64,000 nucleotides of DNA from the NCBI RefSeq assembly GCF_009914755.1, contig NC_060947.1. One strand, 5' to 3'. This document shows, piece by piece, positions 55,907 to 64,000 of this stretch; within the stretch, counting starts at the first letter, position 1, and each line of letters starts with the position of its first letter. The position numbers and the translations under genes are program-made. The notes beneath the pieces are model-generated. The model had not been told where the DNA came from. It did no database searches and saw nothing but the letters and a program-made list of their open reading frames with translations. This DNA is from the human T2T-CHM13v2.0 reference genome, Homo sapiens.

Positions 55907-56118
55907 TGACCCTAATTTTTCCCATGGAAAACATTTTTTTTCTCATAAGTGTACTTAATTATGTTGTAAAATGCCACCCAAAAATTGGGTCAAGGGTGAT
56001 TCTGACAGAGATATGGACCTCACCCTAATTTTTCTTTGGAAAACACTTCTTTTCTCTAAGTGTACTTAGGTATGGAGTAAAGTGTCACCTAAAAATTGGG
56101 TCAATGATGATTCTGACA
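55907..56118. repeat. Diverged tandem duplication (period 113 bp) of an internally palindromic unit
   Basis: 'accctaattttt...taagtgtactta...aaaaattgggtcaa..tgattctgaca' at 55909 and 56022. Confidence 0.9.
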
Positions 56119-56282
56119 CTAACATACCAGCTAAATAATTATGCATTTTAAATAACCTTCGTTTATGATGGTAAAAAAGTTGCATTTTAAGTCTAAATAT
56201 GCAATCCTGTGAAATTTAGGTATAACCCTGAGGACTTTCCAACTTGCATTGAATAAAGGGTCATAATAACATTAATGCTTAA

Positions 56283-56587
<305 letters not shown>

Positions 56588-57144
56588 CCCACTAGCTTGT
56601 TACATTCACCTTCCTGTGGTTAGTTCTCCAGAACCCATCAACCCCTCCCCCAGCTGCCGCCTGGGGGTTCCTGGGAGTCTTCCCTCACCCTTCATCCACT
56701 TGGCAATTTTTTTCTTACGTTAATTTAAGTCTTATTGTTCAACTGCTTTATGGGCTAAAACCAAGAATGGTATCTTATCTTTGGCAATGCTGCCTCCCTG
56801 TGCTTTTCAAAGCTGTAAAACGTTTGAGGTACAAAAATATCACTTTGCTGCATTCAGGCCTGAGTTTTCTGGTGTCAGACTGGCCATGATGTATTTCAAG
56901 CAAAAATGGAGAAAATGCCTTTCTCTAGCCCTTTGGTATTTTCAGGTTGGTGTTCATGAAGTGCTCTGAGATCCTCTCGTGAGAAGGGTTGCTTCTATTT
57001 CTGCCTGCATTCTCTCTATCAATATGGCTCAAAACCATCCTCTCCATATTCCCAAAGACCCTCATATCTACTCAACTGCTTTATCCTTCAGGTAAAAGAG
57101 GGGTTAACAAAACAAAAGAAAATCTTCTCAAGGGCCCAACATAG

Positions 57145-57794
57145 TGTTGGAGCTCAGAAAGCAATACTCCAAAGACCGACACATTGACATTCTGAGAGGC
57201 CTTAAAAGCCACTTCAGCATCAAGGTCCTTCTAACAGTGTCTTGTACTCTCCCCAACCCCCCCACCTCCCCCCGCCCCCCCACCCACACACACACACACA
57301 CACACTCCAAGCACAGGGAAGGACTCTCTGAAATTTCCTTATTTGGACCAAGAAAGTTTCTTTCCAAAATAAATTAAATTTCCTTAAGACCCTCTCCCTA
57401 GGAATCACGTCAAATAAACAAGAAAGAGAAGAGAAAAGACTGGGTGGCAGTCATCATCCTGGCCAGAAAGATTTTTCATCTTTTCTTCTGAGGGCAGCTC
57501 CCAGACATTGTCTAAAAAACTTTATCTGCATAATATGACAACCTTTGTTCCTGTGAACCACTGGCTGAGCATTGCCCCATTCCTTCCCCGATTCCCCCTC
57601 CCCTAAGAAGAGAAGCCTCAACCATCTGGCTCCTCTTTAAGTTCCTATTTTGTATGACTCATATGCACAAGTGTGCACATAATAGTAGTAAATTTGTTAT
57701 GCTTTTCTTTTGTTAACCTGTTTTTGTTATAGGGGTGTTAGCCATGGACCTTTAAAATCGGGAGGAAAGGGATCACCCTCTTTCGAACTTTACA
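57145..57794 (+). mobile_element. MER39/MER34-family ERV1 solo LTR
   Basis: 'tgttggagctcagaaagcaatactccaaa...taca' with a 4-bp TSD ATAG. Confidence 0.8.
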
Positions 57795-57842
57795 ATAGTC
57801 ATAGTTGTAATTTCAGTTATCCTGTAGCTGTAGCAACTACTA

Positions 57843-58158
57843 CAGGTTCACTACTTATCCACAGTTTCAAAATTCAAAATGCTCTGAAACAGAGTTTTTC
57901 TGGATTTGGTACCCAATTTATCCATTTCAGCAAAACTTGAACTTAACTGACTGAAGTTATTTGATGTCATTATGTGGCCCATTTATTTTAAATATTTGGG
58001 TGTTTTACTGTAGATATTGATTTTATTATCATGAGGTACTGGTTCAGACTCATTTGAGCTGTTACTCAATATCAGTATATGCTCAATTTTACATTTCTAA
58101 AATTCAAAAATCTTCTGAATTACAAAATACATCTGCCCTCAAGAGATTGTGCACCTGC
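57843..58158. mobile_element. TcMar-Tigger-type MITE
   Basis: TA followed by 'caggttcac...' and ending '...gtgcacctg' (degenerate TIRs). Confidence 0.6.
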
Positions 58159-60469
58159 AAGCAAATGTATTTTGAAAATATAGGTGTACTTTTCTTGCAA
58201 GAAAGGATAAATATAACATGTGAAAAACAAGATAAATATAATAAGAAAACTACTGAAGGAGATGAAAAGAATCTCTAATATTTTTTCATTCATTTGCTCA
58301 TTCATCTAAAAAATTGTATTAAATCTAATTAGGCAGTATCTAGCCTATAACACACTACAGATTCCCAGGGTAATATCCATACTAATTCACTGATTGTCAT
58401 GATTCTTGATTATTTATTGTTGCTATTATTACAATTGATTGCCAAAGAACAAACTAATCATTGACCAATATACCAAAACTAGTCTTATTATAAATACCAG
58501 ATATGTAATTGTTTTAAATGACTAGTACTGGATATGTAAACAAAATATCAACACACACATAAAAAGGCCTTCTGAACTGGCCTTTGATTCATTACAACAT
58601 TTTTGAAAGTCACTTCAATTCAATGAAATTTTTAATTACCTTAGATTTGGTCACCTTATTAGGTCAAACTTATATCTCTATAGCATGCAATTTAATATTC
58701 TTTCTAATCCTCTGTTCACTAGAATTATTTCAAATATTACTTTTTTGAAATTTAAAGATTTTAAATCTTAAAAATGATCTAGGGAGTCCATCTTACAAGT
58801 GAATCTGGGAAATGTATCTGATAAGTCACTAGAAGTTCATATTTTTTTCAACACTGGATGACTTTAAGGGCTCTCTGCTTTACATTACTTCCCAGTCATC
58901 ATATATGTGTTTATGAACATATCCTGAGGAATAGTTGAAAAAATTATTGTGGAGCATACACTGTCTTTTAATCGGCTAAAACAGTACTTCTTCAAACCAA
59001 TACTAGTCCAGCTTATGTCTGTTGTGTGTGTCTGTGTGTGTGTGTGTGTGTGTGCTTTTTAAACCTTCCCCCAAATTCACATAGCATTGTTTAACTTTTC
59101 AATACTCTTTCTTATCCTTTACTTTACCTTACAATAATCAAAATCGTATAAAGTAATTAAAGCAGAAATGTTTTCTCCTTATTACAAATGAGAAAACAAA
59201 AGTTGAGGTAGGATGTTTTGCCTAAGGACATAAAGGCCTCAGTTGCAGAGAATGGATGGGCAGTACCTCACCATTGTTCTACACAACCCTTCTTCTCTTT
59301 GTCATCCAGTGACATTCCTGAAATTAGACTACAGTATAAATAAATATGATGTTTATAAATTACTTTTCTGCTTATAAAGTAATGACATTCCTTCACCTTA
59401 ATATTAGTGTCAAAGGATGACTGTCCTATGACACTATTCAGTACTGCAGGCATTATCTCTTAATTAACCACCAGTTATATTTCTGCACCATTTTTATGTA
59501 CTGTATTTTATTACCTCATTACTTTATTTTTATATTCATAATTGCTGATAAGTGCTGAACTTTTTTAACGTGAAAGTAAAATTTAGTTATTAAAAATTGA
59601 TAAAATCTTCAAGGCAGAATGTTAGGTAATTGTTTCATTTGCAGTTTTCAGATAGATAACAGGGATCCAATTAAAATGTATATTACCTGTTGTAATTTAG
59701 AAATAGATCCTGTGATAGAGTATACCTACTAGGGTATAAGTAACGAACTGGGAGTCATGCTTGTGAATAGCACCAAATTAGAGAAGAACAGAATCTTCAT
59801 TTTTCATTTTTTATAGAACTTGAAAATAACTTTTTAAAAAGTTTTATGAAATGGATGATTCATAAAAAAAGGTACCCATAAGAGTGGTAACATTATTAGC
59901 ATTCTGTGAAAAAAACTAAAAATCCTGTGAAGATATATTTTCCTATATCGACAACATCTATATACACTGATTTTTTAAATCCTTATTCCTACAAGCATCT
60001 GCTTTCATGGTTTCTATTAGCAGATATAATTATGATGCCAATCATACTAGCAAAAATTCTGTACCCGGTAGCATGTTGGCACTTAAAGGGTCTCAAGGCT
60101 CTTTACACCAAAGGTGGACATCTTGGCATTATGCTAGTTGTTGTTGGAGTAAACTTGATGCTGCCTCTGCTCTCAAAGATCTTACAGTCAACTGTAAAAG
60201 AATGCAAAAAGTGATGTAAAATTAAGAGAAGAAACACAGTGATATAGACTGATCAGTAAAAGCCTTCATCAAAGAGGAGGAAGTAATGTTGAAATAAGCC
60301 TTGAAGGAAGGATAGAATTTCAATAGGTAAAGATGAGGAAACAGAATGAGCAAATGTACTAGAATGGAAAAGCAAAGATATGACAAAAATCCAGTTTGGC
60401 TATAGTGCAGGTTATATGCAGAAGGATGTAACTATACTTGAAAGCAGTAAAAAAAAATTATAGCAAAAA

Positions 60470-61320
60470 GTAGTAGTGAAAAAACTCAAAAATAATTACA
60501 AGGGAATTTTTGTTTATTGACAAAATGATTTCAAGGGCTCCTAGGAAATGATCATACAAAAATAGCAAATAAATGCCTGAAAAATCACACAATACACCTT
60601 TGTAATAAATCTGTCCATGGATACCCTGATTTTAAAATCGAAGGTTAAAAAAAAAGCTAAAAGGACCCCAGCAAATATGCCTCCATGTCTTGTCTAAATT
60701 TTACAAATCCATAAAAAGAACATTGATGGGTACTAACAACGTTAATCCAAAAAATCTGGTATGTAGTGTTTGCACTTTAAATAAACAACTCAAAATAAAG
60801 GTGATCATTCTTTCATGGAAAAAAAACACAAAATGCTAAAGTATACTATAAATGTAAAATAATTTTTAAAAGCGGTACTGGTACAATAATTTAAAGGCAG
60901 ATTGATAGTAAAGAGTAATCTAATTCTGAAACAAAACCTAACATACATTGGAATTTAACATGTAAAAAGGGGATTCATAACAAACAATTGAGACATAATG
61001 CATCAGTACAAAAAATGCTGTTGTAGAGAATCAATATATTAAAAATTACACATTTTTATTGCATAAAATATATAAAAGTAAATTTACAGGTTAAAAAGTC
61101 AATTGTTAAAACATAAAACATTCAAAAGAAAATTGAAGTTAATATTAAACTATATAAGGAAGGCTTTTTCTAATAAAAACAATACAATAAATTACAAAAC
61201 AAAGGATTTAAAATTTTAAATTTATAAATAATTAAACATCTGCATATTAACAGCATCATGAGAAAATCAAATGAGAAAAGGCAAGTTGGGCAAATATTTA
61301 TATCTATGACTAAGATAGGA
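60470..61320 (+). mobile_element. Highly degraded ancient L1 ORF2 fragment
   Basis: A-rich with residual motifs 'cggtactggtacaa', 'aattaaacatctgca'. Confidence 0.5.
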
Positions 61321-61329
61321 TTTATATTG

Positions 61330-61645
61330 GTAATCTTCCTATTCTCTTCACCTATGCAAATCTTACTCATGTTTCAGAGTCTAAATCAAGTTCCACTTCA
61401 TCTATGCTGCATTTCCTAAGTATCCCAGCCCTCAGTGATGTTCTAACCCTTACAGTGTATATCACACATTTTGGTACTTAATTATTCAGTGTCTTGCATA
61501 GTCTCTAATGCTATATGTGTATGCTTCTCTTGCAGATCAGATCATAAACTTCTTGAGGAAAGACCATGTTTTATAGGGTTTCTGTAACATCCATGTGCAC
61601 TAAGCACATGGTAGGTGTGGAATAATTATTCATGTATCAATTGAC
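61330..61645 (+). mobile_element. L2 3' end
   Basis: 'agatcataaacttcttgaggaaagaccatgt...gcacatggtagg'. Confidence 0.7.
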
Positions 61646-62585
61646 TGGCTATTTCATCCTTCTCAAATATAGATCAGAAAATCATGAGGGGGCATCCATC
61701 ATTTTCCCCCAAGTTTTCAAATAAAAGGAATTTCAATTCTTTTCATAAATGTAATAGAACTGTCAAAAGAGCATAAAATAAGCGATTTAAAGTGAAACAT
61801 AATTTGTTTGGTAACAGTAAAAAATCACACATTGCTTTCTAAGATAGAAGATAATACAAAAAATATATATAGGTATTTGAAAAACCTCATCTGACCAACA
61901 CAATTCAATCATGGCCTCTGTTTCCAGTTATTTTTTTTTCTGCTAGCCTGCCTACATGAATTTCTTTATTTATGTAAAGCTTCCCTTCCTTGATCATTGC
62001 ATATTTCAGCTATGGGCAGTGATGGACTTCCTTTGATAGCCAATTATTCAAAAGCAATGTCAAACCCAAAGTTTCTTTTTTCTTCCTAGAATCACGTAGT
62101 GATTTCAACTTTCTAATAAATAGTATAAGTTTTCTATCTTCTCTCTCCTTTGATTCCCAATTCTTGGATATATAAGTCAGCAGTAATATTAGTTCCCTCA
62201 TGATTAAAAGAAACCACTCTGTCTTGCTATGCAATAATGATTCAGGCCTATAGATCACATGCATCCTTATCCCACATGTATTCTCACCATCATGCCCATC
62301 TTCTTCCTCCCCATTATCTTTGTTCTTCGATGCCTATACTCTACTCTAGATTGAGGAATAAGCAAGTTTAACTTTGGCTTTTAGATCTACTCCCAATATT
62401 CACTAGTTTCATGGTACCAGTAAAAAACCAGTCTTAATTTTCTAGGCTATTATTTCAGCACTTGGGAAACCACAGTAAAGACTCTGTGACTAAGACATTG
62501 GATATGAGATAAACAAGACTTTCTTTTCACAGTGCATAAAACTCAACACACAGTGGGCCTGAGTATAGATATAAAATGTCTCTAG

Positions 62586-63369
<784 letters not shown>

Positions 63370-63695
63370 ACTCCAAACCCCACAGAATTTGACTCTAATT
63401 TGCTTCAGTTTATTATCAAATCTAAAGAATATCAGAAGGTTGTGGGGAATGGTGTCTTTGAAACAGACAAAGGAGCATCGCAGAGGCAAAAGTTGACAGA
63501 GTCTATATAAAGCATTGTGCAGGAAATAAAGAGCCTTGAATGATAATCTTTGAATATTTACAGTTATCTCTAGTGTGAAAATAGAGGCAGGGTCTTGCTG
63601 CCAACAGAGTCAAGAATTTTAGTACAAATGATAAGATCAATTTTATTGTGATTATCTATCTTAGCTTGATAACATGAAAAATGTATTTTGTTATG

Positions 63696-63888
63696 TTTAT
63701 TTAATTTTTAATTTTTATGGGTGCACAGAAGGTGTATTGATATATTTTTGGGGTACATAAGATATTTTGATACAGGTATTAAAAGTGTAATAATCACATC
63801 AGGGTAAATGAGGTATCCATCATCTCAAGCATTTATCATTTCTTTTTGTTACAAATATACCAATTATACTCATTTAGTTTTTTTAAAT
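63696..63888 (-). mobile_element. L1MA-type 3' end
   Basis: Reverse complement of the 3'UTR motif seen at 200-430. Confidence 0.85.
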
Positions 63889-64000
63889 AGCATGGAAAAT
63901 TTAATATATCATATGTCCCTTGCTTTGATTCTATGCTCACCAAGCACCTTTCTGACTATAACTTGGGTTCCATATATGTGCCTAGAGAGAGGAAATATAC

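Noticed and set aside
60050-60215. Strong minus-strand acceptor (tttttgcattcttttacag) and nearby ORFs
   Set aside because: The following sequence resembles an L2 3'-end fragment, and no good donor or coding signal was found.

Overview
AT-rich, CpG-poor primate (most likely human) non-coding DNA. I find no intact protein-coding gene, CpG island or RNA gene. The ORF track is explained by L1 ORF1/ORF2 remnants, Alu and microsatellite translations, and short chance ORFs. The first ~25 kb is almost all transposable elements, dominated by a nested stack: an old L1MC is interrupted by an L1PB2-like element, which is itself interrupted by a near-full-length L1PA8A-like element, with Alus and LTRs added. 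The rest mixes Alu, MIR, L2, MaLR/ERV solo LTRs and DNA-transposon MITEs with repeat-poor stretches that may hold regulatory elements. I see no convincing new biological system. The most unusual signals are DNA-repair or template-switch footprints: a ~330-bp unique segment copied 1.7 kb away into a MIR, an inverted templated patch in the L1PA 5'UTR, a ~1.6-kb host deletion at the L1PA junction, a perfect 19-bp palindrome, and a tandem-duplicated MITE-like palindromic unit. Subfamily names come from recalled consensus sequences and need RepeatMasker/Dfam confirmation; boundaries of old elements are approximate.
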